Made by a program: the position numbers and the translations under genes. Shown here in pieces: positions 51,658-61,066 of a stretch of DNA of 64,000 nucleotides. Below the pieces are notes generated by a model. It searched no databases, was not told the origin of the DNA, and saw only the letters and a program-made list of their open reading frames with translations. The stretch lies in the IMG/VR virus record IMGVR_UViG_3300030090_003378, positions 1-64,000 of that record. The stretch is one strand, 5' to 3'. Each line of letters begins with the position of its first letter. Positions within the stretch are counted from its first letter, which is position 1. This stretch comes from a virus.

Positions 51658-52029
51658 GTGGGTCGGCTTCATAGACCCCACATTGAAAAAAAAGGTGAAA
51701 AAGAAATGGATGTAACAGCATTGGAAAATACATTGAAAGAGCAAATGACAGCAGGAATTGTGACCGAAACAGAAATGCGTCGAATTATGGCGAGAGCCAC
51801 TGGCGGCGTTTATCTAAATGAGGCACAAAAGGAACAATATGAAGCCGCAAGTGACTTCATTAACGGCACTCTTGAGGTTCTAAACAAACTTCAAATTGTT
51901 GGCCCTGCGCGAGAAGATAGCACACGACGAAAGTTAGAAGCGGCAGTTGTAAAGCATATCGTAAATAATGGTGAATTTAACGCAGATGGTTCGCCTAACG
52001 TAAGTGACCTTGAGTCATATTGGGCGTGA
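51658..52029 (+). CDS. Hypothetical protein upstream of the Ubl (likely start MDVTAL at ~51706)
   Basis: GGTGA RBS before the internal ATG. Confidence 0.55.
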   Translation: MGRLHRPHIEKKGEKEMDVTALENTLKEQMTAGIVTETEMRRIMARATGGVYLNEAQKEQYEAASDFINGTLEVLNKLQIVGPAREDSTRRKLEAAVVKHIVNNGEFNADGSPNVSDLESYWA

Positions 52030-52034
52030 TTTGA

Positions 52035-52241
52035 ATGGTTAAGGTAACTATTCTAAACGAAACAGGACATACTGAACTAATGCTAAGTGGAAGCGAAGCA
52101 TTGGAACAGATTCTTGACCACCCTACCCATTGGGCATATATTGATGGGGAATTGGTTAGTCGAGAAAACATCAATACAGTTAACTTTGATGAGGTTAATG
52201 ATGTTGTGCTAACACACGCCATTGTCGGCGGTAATTACTGA
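52035..52241 (+). CDS. Ubiquitin-like (beta-grasp; ThiS/MoaD/SAMP-type) protein, pro-form ending GG-NY
   Basis: 68 aa; MVKVTIL N-terminal strand, YIDGELV, and C-terminal VVLTHAIVGG followed by NY. Confidence 0.65.
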   Translation: MVKVTILNETGHTELMLSGSEALEQILDHPTHWAYIDGELVSRENINTVNFDEVNDVVLTHAIVGGNY

Positions 52242-52256
52242 GTAGTTACCTAAGAC

Positions 52257-53039
52257 TTGACAGCAGTTTGCGGTCTGCTTGAACAAAACCGCAATTTTAA
52301 ATTAGAGATGATTATTATGTGGAGAAAGAAAAAAGATTTTAATGAGTTCTTAAGTATTGTAAAAGATATGCCATTCCTTCATGCAGGTAGAACACATAGA
52401 GGTTATAGAAGGTGGAATCATAGGACTCGAAGTTACGATGGTCCTGCATATGAACCTTTAAATGTAGAAACATTAATGAATTATGTTAATACTCTTGAAG
52501 ATTCGTATAAGACTTCATATCAGGTGAATGCAGAAGGTTATAATTATGACACTATTCCCACTTTAGAGGAATATAAAATAACTTGCCTAACCCAATGGAT
52601 TAGAACAAGAAACTACAATGCAACAAAAGAATTTAGAGAAACAAGAAAAACAACAGAATATTTTAAAAGGTTGGAGAATTATGAGAAGAGATGAAGATAG
52701 TGATGAAGGTGCTGATGAATGATTAAGTTAATTAAAGATTTATGGTTATTTATCAGACACGTTTTATGGCAAGCATGGAAGACACATAGACAAATTATGA
52801 AAAGTCAGCGAGCGATAAAGAAAATGGAAGATAAAGATGGTGTGTGCAATACATTTTTACTTTTCTTAGAAGAAGCAATTGCACATAACGTACACGAGGA
52901 AGAAATCAAATGGATGATTGGAACATTCCTTGATTGTTCTGATGATAAAGTTAGAGCAGAGGAATCTTGGGAAGATGTTATATCTTATGTAAAGAAGTAT
53001 AACGTTAACCCATTAGATTTAGATTACAAGTCGGGTTAG
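52257..53039 (+). CDS. Two hypothetical ORFs (52257-52694, true start probably ~52317; 52719-53039)
   Basis: ORF track; coding-like composition. Confidence 0.45.
52261..52294 (+). other. H-type pseudoknot motif, copy 2
   Basis: AGCAG/CTGCT stem with loop TTGCGGT pairing to ACCGCAA. Confidence 0.55.
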
Positions 53040-53111
53040 TCAAGTGGTCAAAGACGGAAGGCTTAAGACCTTCTCCAAAATGGTTCGCAGGTTCAAATCC
53101 TGCACCCGACA
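53030..53111 (+). tRNA. tRNA-Leu (anticodon TAA)
   Basis: Acceptor GTCGGGT/ACCCGAC, anticodon arm GAAGG-CTTAAGA-CCTTC, long variable arm, T arm GCAGG-TTCAAAT-CCTGC; CCA not encoded. Confidence 0.92.
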
Positions 53112-53203
53112 CTTATATTATTGAGATTAGTATACAAATTGTCATGCTTCTCTCCCTCTCAATAATATATTTCCTAAGCAAGAATAAAAACTGCTTAAAT
53201 TAT

Positions 53204-53277
53204 GGGTCATTGGCGCAGTTAGGTAGCGCACCGGGCTTTTAACCCGATGGTCAGGGGTTCAAATCCCCTATGACCCT
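53204..53277 (+). tRNA. tRNA-Lys (anticodon TTT)
   Basis: Acceptor GGGTCAT/ATGACCC, D arm GCGC/GCGC, anticodon loop CTTTTAA, T arm AGGGG-TTCAAAT-CCCCT. Confidence 0.92.
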
Positions 53278-53296
53278 CTTATTCAAAGGTGATAAA

Positions 53297-53740
53297 ATGA
53301 ATTATGAAGAAATTATAGAAGATTTAGAGCAACCGTATAATGAGTGGTTCTTACACGAAAAAGTGTTTAAAGGTGAATTAAAAATTGGAGGATGGAAACT
53401 ACTTCATCCTAAACCAATAAATGAACTTCATCATGAGTTTAACAAAAGTAAATTTGTTATAACTAACCCTAACTTTTATGAAGACGGTTGGATATTAGCA
53501 GAATCACGACGTTCAGTAATAATGGCATCAGGTATTAAAACAGAATTTGTATGGGACGGAAAGGTATGGACAAGTTTTTACCAACTGTTTAAAGAGTATG
53601 GACCTGAAATGTTAAATTTGTTCCCTGAATTAAATTGGAACGAAACTAAAGAATGGATTATTGTAGATAAAAAGTCGAACAAACTGTTGGCTCAATTTGA
53701 TTATTGGGACGACGCACCTACTAGAAAGGATGTGGAATGA
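53297..53740 (+). CDS. Hypothetical protein
   Basis: Start moved to MNYEE (GGTGA RBS) because the track start overlaps tRNA-Lys. Confidence 0.55.
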   Translation: MNYEEIIEDLEQPYNEWFLHEKVFKGELKIGGWKLLHPKPINELHHEFNKSKFVITNPNFYEDGWILAESRRSVIMASGIKTEFVWDGKVWTSFYQLFKEYGPEMLNLFPELNWNETKEWIIVDKKSNKLLAQFDYWDDAPTRKDVE

Positions 53741-55599
53741 TGTTAGCAAATGAAATATTAAGTGATATTACAGTGTATATGAAATATGCACGATTTATTA
53801 AAAAAGAGAACCGAAGAGAAACATGGGCTGAAATATGTATGCGTAATATGAAAATGCATATTAAAAAATACCCTCAACTCAGAGAAAAGATTGAGGATGT
53901 GTATTCTAATTTCGTAGAACCAAAGAAGGTTTTACCTTCGATGAGGTCAATGCAATTTGGTGGAAAGCCAATTGAAATTAGCCCAAACAGGATTTACAAT
54001 TGTGCATACCTGCCCATTGATAGTTACGAATCATTTCATGAATCAATGTTTTTATTATTAGGTGGAACAGGTGTAGGTTATAGTGTGCAGAAGCATCACG
54101 TTAATCAATTACCTGATATTCAAAAACCTAATCCTACAAATCGTAGGCGACATTTGGTTGGAGATTCAATTGAAGGTTGGGCTGATGCTCTTAAAGTCTT
54201 GATGAAGTCATACTTCGGCATTAACAAAACAACACCGTGGTTTGATTATTCAGATATTAGACCACAAGGAACACCACTAAAAACATCAGGTGGAAAAGCA
54301 CCCGGACCTGCACCATTAAGAGAGTGTTTAGTTAAGGTTCAGAATATGCTTGAGAACAAAATCAATGGGACTAAACTTAAACCCATTGAAGTTCACGATA
54401 TTATGTGCCATATTGCTGATGCAGTATTAGCAGGTGGAATTAGAAGGGCCGCACTCATTAGTTTGTTTAGTGCAGATGATGAAGAAATGCTTGCTTGTAA
54501 ATCAGGTTCATGGTGGGAACTAAATCCTCAACGTGGACGGGCTAATAACAGTGCAGTATTGTTGCGACATAGAATTACAAAGAAGTTCTTCATGGGTCTT
54601 TGGGAGAAGATTAAGAATAGTGGTTCAGGTGAGCCGGGTATTTACTTCTCAAATGACAAAGATTGGGGAACTAACCCTTGTTGTGAAATTGCACTAAGAC
54701 CTTATCAGTTTTGTAACTTAGTCGAGGTCAATGTTAGTGATGTGGAAAATCAAAAAGATTTGAATTCAAGAGTCGCCGCCGCATCAATGTTGGCAACGTT
54801 ACAAGCAGGTTACACAGATTTTCATTATTTACGTGAAGTTTGGAAAGAAACAACAGAAAAGGATGCATTAATTGGTGTTAGCATGACAGGTATTGCTTCA
54901 GGAAAAATATTAAAGTTAAACTTAGAAAAGGCTGCTAACTTAGTCAAAGATGTTAATGAATTAGTATCTAATGAAATAGGAATTAATAAAGCAGCAAGAA
55001 CTACTTGTGTTAAACCTGCGGGAACAACATCTTGTGTGTTAGGAACAAGTAGTGGAATTCATGCTTGGCATGATAAATACTACATTAGACGTATTAGAGT
55101 AGGTAAAGGTGAAGCAATTTACCATTATCTAAAAAATAATCATCCTGATTTAGTAGAAGATGACTACTTTTCACCACATAACACAGCAGTTATTTCTGTT
55201 CCTCAAAAAGCACCACATAGTTCTATTCTTAGAGATGAATCTGTATTCGATTTATTAAAAAGAATTAAATTTATGAATACTATGTGGGTTTCTAATGGAC
55301 ATATTGATGGACAGAACTCTCATAACGTTTCAGCGACTGTTTCTATTAAAGAACCAGAGTGGCCCGAAGTAGGTAATTGGTTGTGGGGGAACAATGAAGT
55401 GTATAATGGGATTAGTGTATTGCCCTATGACGGTGGAAGTTACAAGCAACCACCATTTGAAAGTATTAGTAAATATAAGTATGACAAAATGATAGAGAAA
55501 TTGAAGAAAATAGATTTAACAGAAGTTTTTGAAACAGATGACAACACCGATTTACAAGGTGAGTTAGCCTGTTCTGGTGGAAGTTGTGAATTAAAGTGA
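53737..55599 (+). CDS. nrdJ: Ribonucleotide reductase, class II (AdoCbl-dependent)-like
   Basis: KYAR..RRETW, YNCAY, TNPCCEI, TCVKPAGT, C-terminal CSGGSC; no beta subunit adjacent. Confidence 0.85.
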   Translation: MMLANEILSDITVYMKYARFIKKENRRETWAEICMRNMKMHIKKYPQLREKIEDVYSNFVEPKKVLPSMRSMQFGGKPIEISPNRIYNCAYLPIDSYESFHESMFLLLGGTGVGYSVQKHHVNQLPDIQKPNPTNRRRHLVGDSIEGWADALKVLMKSYFGINKTTPWFDYSDIRPQGTPLKTSGGKAPGPAPLRECLVKVQNMLENKINGTKLKPIEVHDIMCHIADAVLAGGIRRAALISLFSADDEEMLACKSGSWWELNPQRGRANNSAVLLRHRITKKFFMGLWEKIKNSGSGEPGIYFSNDKDWGTNPCCEIALRPYQFCNLVEVNVSDVENQKDLNSRVAAASMLATLQAGYTDFHYLREVWKETTEKDALIGVSMTGIASGKILKLNLEKAANLVKDVNELVSNEIGINKAARTTCVKPAGTTSCVLGTSSGIHAWHDKYYIRRIRVGKGEAIYHYLKNNHPDLVEDDYFSPHNTAVISVPQKAPHSSILRDESVFDLLKRIKFMNTMWVSNGHIDGQNSHNVSATVSIKEPEWPEVGNWLWGNNEVYNGISVLPYDGGSYKQPPFESISKYKYDKMIEKLKKIDLTEVFETDDNTDLQGELACSGGSCELK

Positions 55600-56084
55600 T
55601 TGAAATGGAAGATATAGAAAAAGAAGTATTGGGTTTAACTCAACCACAGTATGTAGTATTTAGAGTAACAAGTTTGAAAAGTAATGGTTCGGTTTGGACC
55701 AAGCAGTATGAAAGTTTAGAACAGTTAGGGGAAGTAATTACTGTTTTATTAGAAAAATTCCCCCATGTGGTTATCTCAAGGCAAGTCCTTAAGAAATCAC
55801 CTTTAGAACATTTGAAAGGAATGAGTGATTGAATGATGAGTAAACAAGAAAAAAGAGTAGAATTTAGAATAGTAGAAGATGAAGAATTGCCCGCAATTAT
55901 TATCAAGCGGGATGGTGGTTTAGAGCCAGTAATTGTGATTAACACATATCATAAAATATGGTTGTCACTACAACGCGCTACTATTCCCGGAATAACAAAC
56001 AGTTTGGCTGAAAAGTTAACCTTACTGTGCGATGGTTTCTTAGAGGAACAACTTCAATATGAAGATATGGATAGGATGGATTGA
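55596..56084 (+). CDS. Two small hypothetical ORFs (55596-55832, 55833-56084)
   Basis: Closely coupled ORFs. Confidence 0.5.
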
Positions 56085-57312
56085 AATGGTAGATTACGAT
56101 GAAGCGATGGCGAATGTAGGAGAATATATGGCTATTGGTGAACACTTAGAAGGTGATAACATTGGTGGTATGAATCCTCACGGGCCTTACAATAAAGCAC
56201 TAATGACAAGAATGACAGAATTATCAGTAGCAGATGAATGGGATGAGGCTAAGAAAGAGTGGAGGATTACAGGTAACGTTTGGTATATTCCTTTTCATCA
56301 AACACATGGGCATGAAAGATTACCTCAAGTTCATCAAGATAAACACCCAAGAGAATGTCTATGTGGTCATCGTATTGCATGGCACTTTGAAGTAGAGAAT
56401 ACTCTCAATGGTGAGTTAGAAGTATTGGGTAGTGAACACGTTACTAATTGGATGATTATTCGCCACATGATTGAAGAATGTGGAATCCCTGCTGATGCTA
56501 TCACTGAAGAAAAGATTGCTGAGTGGGTTAAACAAGCAGTTAAGTCTATGAAGGCTGATTGGTGGTGGAATGAATATGGTGAAGAGTTTGAAGAACTATT
56601 CAATGAAGTTAAGGAACTTGACCTCCGAGTTAATGTAAGAAAGAAGGGTCGTTATTGGGATAGTAAAACCCGTGGGTATGAAGATAAGTGGGTTATTGCT
56701 AAAACAAAGAAAGGTTCACTTGGAAGAATGGCTTCTATTGTTTGGCGTTGGAATCATCCTGATAATGCTAATGCTCAAATTAAAACACGAGGCTACCCTA
56801 ATGATAAACTTTGGCGAGATGTTCAACTTCTTTATGCTCTCTACGAGGAAAAGAAAGAACTCATTGATGAAGTAGATAATGCGTATGCAGAACGTGTAGA
56901 ACGTAGTGGACAACGATTTGCTGAACAACAACGTCGAGCAGAAATTCAAAGAATTGCTACGGATGAACGTAATACTCAAATGAAGATTCAAGATGATGAA
57001 GCAGTAACAGCCGCCTGTGAATATTATGACCTTCCTTTCTTGGAAGAGGCAAATGCAAATAATGACTGGGAAAGAAAGTTTATTAGGGATGTGCGACTTA
57101 AGTTGATTAATCAAGTCACACTGACACCTAACCAAATTACTCGATGGATTCAGATTTCTAATCCAGAAGTAGTTCAAGTAATCCCAGCAACATATAAACA
57201 GGTTCGATATATTAAAAAGTTAGGTGGAGAACCACAAGAAGGAATTACAAAACAACAAGCAAGTGATATGATTGGAAAATTATTGGAGGCAAAAAGAAAT
57301 GGGAACGTATAG
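56059..57312 (+). CDS. Hypothetical protein with CxCGH Zn-binding motif
   Basis: ECLCGHRI...LGSEHV; C-terminal ATYKQVRYIKKLG...TKQQASDMI module. Confidence 0.55.
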   Translation: MKIWIGWIEMVDYDEAMANVGEYMAIGEHLEGDNIGGMNPHGPYNKALMTRMTELSVADEWDEAKKEWRITGNVWYIPFHQTHGHERLPQVHQDKHPRECLCGHRIAWHFEVENTLNGELEVLGSEHVTNWMIIRHMIEECGIPADAITEEKIAEWVKQAVKSMKADWWWNEYGEEFEELFNEVKELDLRVNVRKKGRYWDSKTRGYEDKWVIAKTKKGSLGRMASIVWRWNHPDNANAQIKTRGYPNDKLWRDVQLLYALYEEKKELIDEVDNAYAERVERSGQRFAEQQRRAEIQRIATDERNTQMKIQDDEAVTAACEYYDLPFLEEANANNDWERKFIRDVRLKLINQVTLTPNQITRWIQISNPEVVQVIPATYKQVRYIKKLGGEPQEGITKQQASDMIGKLLEAKRNGNV

Positions 57313-58558
57313 AATAGATATAATGGCATCAGATGACACAAGAGGAATACAAGCGTCTACTCATATATCAAGTCGAAGATTATTAGGTGGACGAACTATT
57401 CAAATTAGAGCAGGTCGCGGCCATATCTCAGGTAAAGAACCTACGATTATGGCTATCGTCGATGCTCTAACTAAAAGGATGGGAATAAAAAAGATTGTTA
57501 ATGATACCAATAATGCTAAACAAAGTATTCTACTAACTATTGGTAAACCTGAGTTTGAAGTAGTATTTAGAAAGAATGGTAATAGATATAGTTTAAATGG
57601 ACAACAAGCAACTTTAGATATTTTAGAAAAAGCATTAGCACGATGTATCTTAAGGTCTTGTTATCTTGATGATTCAGAAGAGTCATATGACCAATTAGAA
57701 GAATATCTATACAGATGTATTACATTGCCTGAGAATATAACATACGTAATTGAAAATAAATTACCATATATCTTTTACGAAAGGAATGAAACGAATATTA
57801 CGAAGCATGAGTGCAGGATGAATGTGAAACAAATTGCTGATTTTGAATTTGCCATAGAGGTAAGTGGTGGTATTTGGGGAACAATTGGTCTGAAGGACTT
57901 GAACACATTTGTCGATACATACCTATACAATAAACGAAGAGGTCAATGGGTTCAAATTTCCCCTCAAGAATTATATTTCAAGACTGTTGGAACAAGACCA
58001 AGTGAAGCACAAGTTAAGGTAATGAAGGAATTTCTGAAACAGAATCGAAAGCAAGACATTGTTGAGAAGAGGGCTATGGAATTGTTTGACGATATGGTTA
58101 GAGATTATGAAACTATCAAAACAGGTATGCGGTTAAGACCCGGAACTACTACTGGCGATAAAATCAAAGTTATGTATGTCCGAGGTAAAGTTGCAGATTG
58201 GATGATTGTAGATAATTGTTCAAAGTCGGGAACACAAGATGTATCAACGTATATTTTAAAAGATGGTGATAATGATGGCCGTGGGGGTTCAGGTTGGAAT
58301 TCAAATATGGCTACTGAAGAGAAAACTATGTCGAAGAAATTGTATTGGTCCGGCCCAATTTGTATTGATAATATGCAAAGTGGAGCAAGTGTAGGTGACC
58401 AATTCGCTTCAAGAGCATTTGCTTGCATGAACGATGAAATGACAATTGGTTTGGTATCAACAATTAGAAACTATGTATCTCCGACAATTTGGAACCATCC
58501 GGAAAGCAAGAAAATTGAAGGACATAAGGTAAGGTTAGATTGGGATGCCATGCCTTAA
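57272..58558 (+). CDS. Unknown protein with C-terminal GPICID-GDQ domain (candidate E2-like Cys acceptor)
   Basis: MYVRGK...WSGPICIDN...GDQFASRAFACMND; context next to E1 and JAB. The function is an inference. Confidence 0.35.
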   Translation: MENYWRQKEMGTYRIDIMASDDTRGIQASTHISSRRLLGGRTIQIRAGRGHISGKEPTIMAIVDALTKRMGIKKIVNDTNNAKQSILLTIGKPEFEVVFRKNGNRYSLNGQQATLDILEKALARCILRSCYLDDSEESYDQLEEYLYRCITLPENITYVIENKLPYIFYERNETNITKHECRMNVKQIADFEFAIEVSGGIWGTIGLKDLNTFVDTYLYNKRRGQWVQISPQELYFKTVGTRPSEAQVKVMKEFLKQNRKQDIVEKRAMELFDDMVRDYETIKTGMRLRPGTTTGDKIKVMYVRGKVADWMIVDNCSKSGTQDVSTYILKDGDNDGRGGSGWNSNMATEEKTMSKKLYWSGPICIDNMQSGASVGDQFASRAFACMNDEMTIGLVSTIRNYVSPTIWNHPESKKIEGHKVRLDWDAMP

Positions 58559-59174
58559 TTGCCAAAGTAAGGACTTAAAGATGGATAGGAAATTATCCCT
58601 GCCAATTTGTATGAGTTGTGGTTATATTAACGCTTCTCGCATTCGAGAAACGCAAAATAGTTCCTACATTTCAATGCATTCGAGTGATTTTGTATCGCTT
58701 GATATACTGTTAAGTGAATTTAAGATAGTAGACTATAAGGAGAATGTTCTTAGTAACTTTAAAACATTGAAAAAAGATAGAGTGTTTGAAGGTTATAGTA
58801 TAGATGAACAAATAGTGTCCACAACGTATTATACGTTACAAGCGAATAATGAATTAGTATATGTTAGAGCCTATTGTAAGTTTATGGGCGTCAATGTTAA
58901 AAGAGTATTTAATTTAAGTAAGAAGGTTGCTAAGTATTTCCTTAAACATGGTGTTTTTATTATGAGTGATGTATCTAAATATTTAGATAAAGTAGATAAC
59001 AAAAATGTGGTCCAGAAAGAAATAGAGAACTTTGAAGGAACTCTCACAAGAGCAATAACAGCAGGAATATTTTATGAGAACAGCGAACTCACACAAAAGA
59101 AAACGTGTGAACTATTTGGTATCTCGCTACCAAGACTAAAGCGAGCATTGAAAATAATAAGAAAAGGTGAATAA
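58545..59174 (+). CDS. Transcription factor TFIIB/TFB-like protein
   Basis: N-terminal Zn ribbon CLNC...CMSCG; helical core; C-terminal HTH LTQKKTCELFGISLPRL resembling the TFB BRE-binding helix. Confidence 0.7.
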   Translation: MPCLNCQSKDLKMDRKLSLPICMSCGYINASRIRETQNSSYISMHSSDFVSLDILLSEFKIVDYKENVLSNFKTLKKDRVFEGYSIDEQIVSTTYYTLQANNELVYVRAYCKFMGVNVKRVFNLSKKVAKYFLKHGVFIMSDVSKYLDKVDNKNVVQKEIENFEGTLTRAITAGIFYENSELTQKKTCELFGISLPRLKRALKIIRKGE

Positions 59175-59739
59175 AATGAAAAAGAGAAAAATAATGATAA
59201 TCGGAACGGGTGGAATTGGGTCATACCTAATCCCACTATTGAATAAGACAGGACTATATGATATTACAATCTATGACCCTGATGTTGTAGAGAGTAAGAA
59301 CATTTCATATCAGAACTTTGAAGATGCCCATGTTGGTATGTTAAAGGTTGATGCTATGGACGCACGATATGAAATCAAAAAGACATATGGTTACCCTGTA
59401 TTGACAGCAAAGCAACTTGGTGGATATGACCTTGTTGTTTGTTGTGCAGATAATTTAGATATTCGACGCACAATGTATAATGATAAAGGTTTGGCATGGT
59501 TGGATTTGAGAGCGCAGGGCCGCAATGGAATTCTTGTATCTTTCTTAGAAAACCCTGACCTTTATGGTGAATTAACAAGTGGACCCGATGGTTCTTTTTC
59601 TTGTCAAGGTGATGCATGGGATGGAGGAAATACTAATCTTCATTATATGCACGTTGCAGTAGCAGGTTTAGGTGCTGAATGGATTCAACGTTGGTTTAAC
59701 GAAGAAGAAGTATTTAAGCACCGAATGATTGCAGGGTGA
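59167..59739 (+). CDS. ThiF/MoeB/E1-family activating enzyme
   Basis: IIGTGGIGS, YDPDVVESKNISYQ, DLVVCCADN; candidate catalytic Cys in FSCQG. Confidence 0.85.
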   Translation: MNKMKKRKIMIIGTGGIGSYLIPLLNKTGLYDITIYDPDVVESKNISYQNFEDAHVGMLKVDAMDARYEIKKTYGYPVLTAKQLGGYDLVVCCADNLDIRRTMYNDKGLAWLDLRAQGRNGILVSFLENPDLYGELTSGPDGSFSCQGDAWDGGNTNLHYMHVAVAGLGAEWIQRWFNEEEVFKHRMIAG

Positions 59740-60271
59740 TTATATGAATATATTTTACTTAGACCATGATGTGCAAAAGTGTGCAGAAATGCATTGTGAT
59801 AAACACGTTGTTAAGATGATTTTAGAATATGCACAGTTGTTATGCACAGCGCATCATGCTAAAGATACATACATATGTCAAGAAGAATTTGAAATTAAAA
59901 GGGTAAATGAAGATAAACTTGGTATGTTATACAAGTCTACTCATTTAATGCACCCTTCATCTGTTTGGGCAAGAGAATCATTACAACATTACAATTGGTT
60001 GTATAGGTTATTTGCTGCATTATGTGATGAATACACTCATCGTTATGGTAAAGTGCATAAGACAGATTCTAAACTAAGAGAACTATTATCAGTTCCACCT
60101 TCAAGGTTAGAAGATAATGGTTGGAAACAACCTACACAGGCTATGCCTATGGTTTACAAAAAGCAAGATAGTGTCGAAGCGTATAGGCATTATTATTGTA
60201 GAGATAAGTTGAGAAATATACAAGTGCGCTACACAAAAAGAGAAAAACCTAATTGGTTGGTGAAGAAATGA
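59729..60271 (+). CDS. Pyrimidine-dimer DNA glycosylase (DenV/endonuclease V-like family)
   Basis: MNIFYLD...HCDKHVVKMILEYAQLL...YKSTHLMHPS..W...EYTHRYGKVH. Confidence 0.75.
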   Translation: MQGDYMNIFYLDHDVQKCAEMHCDKHVVKMILEYAQLLCTAHHAKDTYICQEEFEIKRVNEDKLGMLYKSTHLMHPSSVWARESLQHYNWLYRLFAALCDEYTHRYGKVHKTDSKLRELLSVPPSRLEDNGWKQPTQAMPMVYKKQDSVEAYRHYYCRDKLRNIQVRYTKREKPNWLVKK

Positions 60272-60589
60272 AAGGAAAGAGAGATTATAGAGGAAATGAA
60301 GTAGGAATTCCGGGCGGTGCTTGGCAAGTCGGGAGAACAGAAAGACATAAGAAATTACAACAGTTTTATAAAACACACGAATGGAAAGGATATAAAGTAG
60401 GATGGGTTAAGAAGGAAAGTGATGCAGATGGCAAGAAGAATTGAACAAAGAAAAACAACACATAAGACAGGAAAACCGATGGTAGGTTGGTGGACCGGAA
60501 AAAAAGTATGTAAATGTAACAGTCCTAATTGTGTTAGGCATGGTGGGGCCGCTTGTGTAAGGCGAGCAAATAGAATTAAGGTGATTTAG

Positions 60590-61066
60590 ATGGATAAAAT
60601 AGTAATGGATGCATATGCATCAGATATGAGTAATGTTAGCGATGAAGAATGGACAGGAATGAAACTGAAGATTTTCCAATCATATGAAGGAAACTTTGAC
60701 CAACAATCTTTCCTCGATACTATTTGGGATGTATCAGTAAATGATTTGCCCGGACTTGAAGTATCAGTGGTTGTTGATAGAAATGACCGACTGTTTATTA
60801 GTAAAGGAACAGGTTCATTTGTAGATTATAAGAAAGAAAGTGTTGAAGGTATGTCAATCCCTCTAAAGTGTTGGATTCATACTCACCCATTTGGTGCGGC
60901 ATATTTTAGTGGAACGGATTGGTATACAATTAACACACAACGACCCATTCTAAATCAAGCAACCGTATTGGGTAATCAACAAAACATGAAGTGGGTTAAG
61001 AAGGCTGACAATACAGAATATCTTTCCCGAACTGAATTTAGAACAATGGAAGATGAGGAAGAATGA
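60590..61066 (+). CDS. JAB/MPN+ (JAMM) metalloprotease
   Basis: Upstream Glu (LEVSVV) plus WIHTHPFGAAYFSGTD = HxH-x7-S-x2-D. Confidence 0.85.
   Translation: MDKIVMDAYASDMSNVSDEEWTGMKLKIFQSYEGNFDQQSFLDTIWDVSVNDLPGLEVSVVVDRNDRLFISKGTGSFVDYKKESVEGMSIPLKCWIHTHPFGAAYFSGTDWYTINTQRPILNQATVLGNQQNMKWVKKADNTEYLSRTEFRTMEDEEE

Noticed and set aside
53270-53296. Track start of ORF 53270-53740
   Set aside because: It overlaps the 3' end of tRNA-Lys; the ATG at 53297 has a GGTGA RBS.
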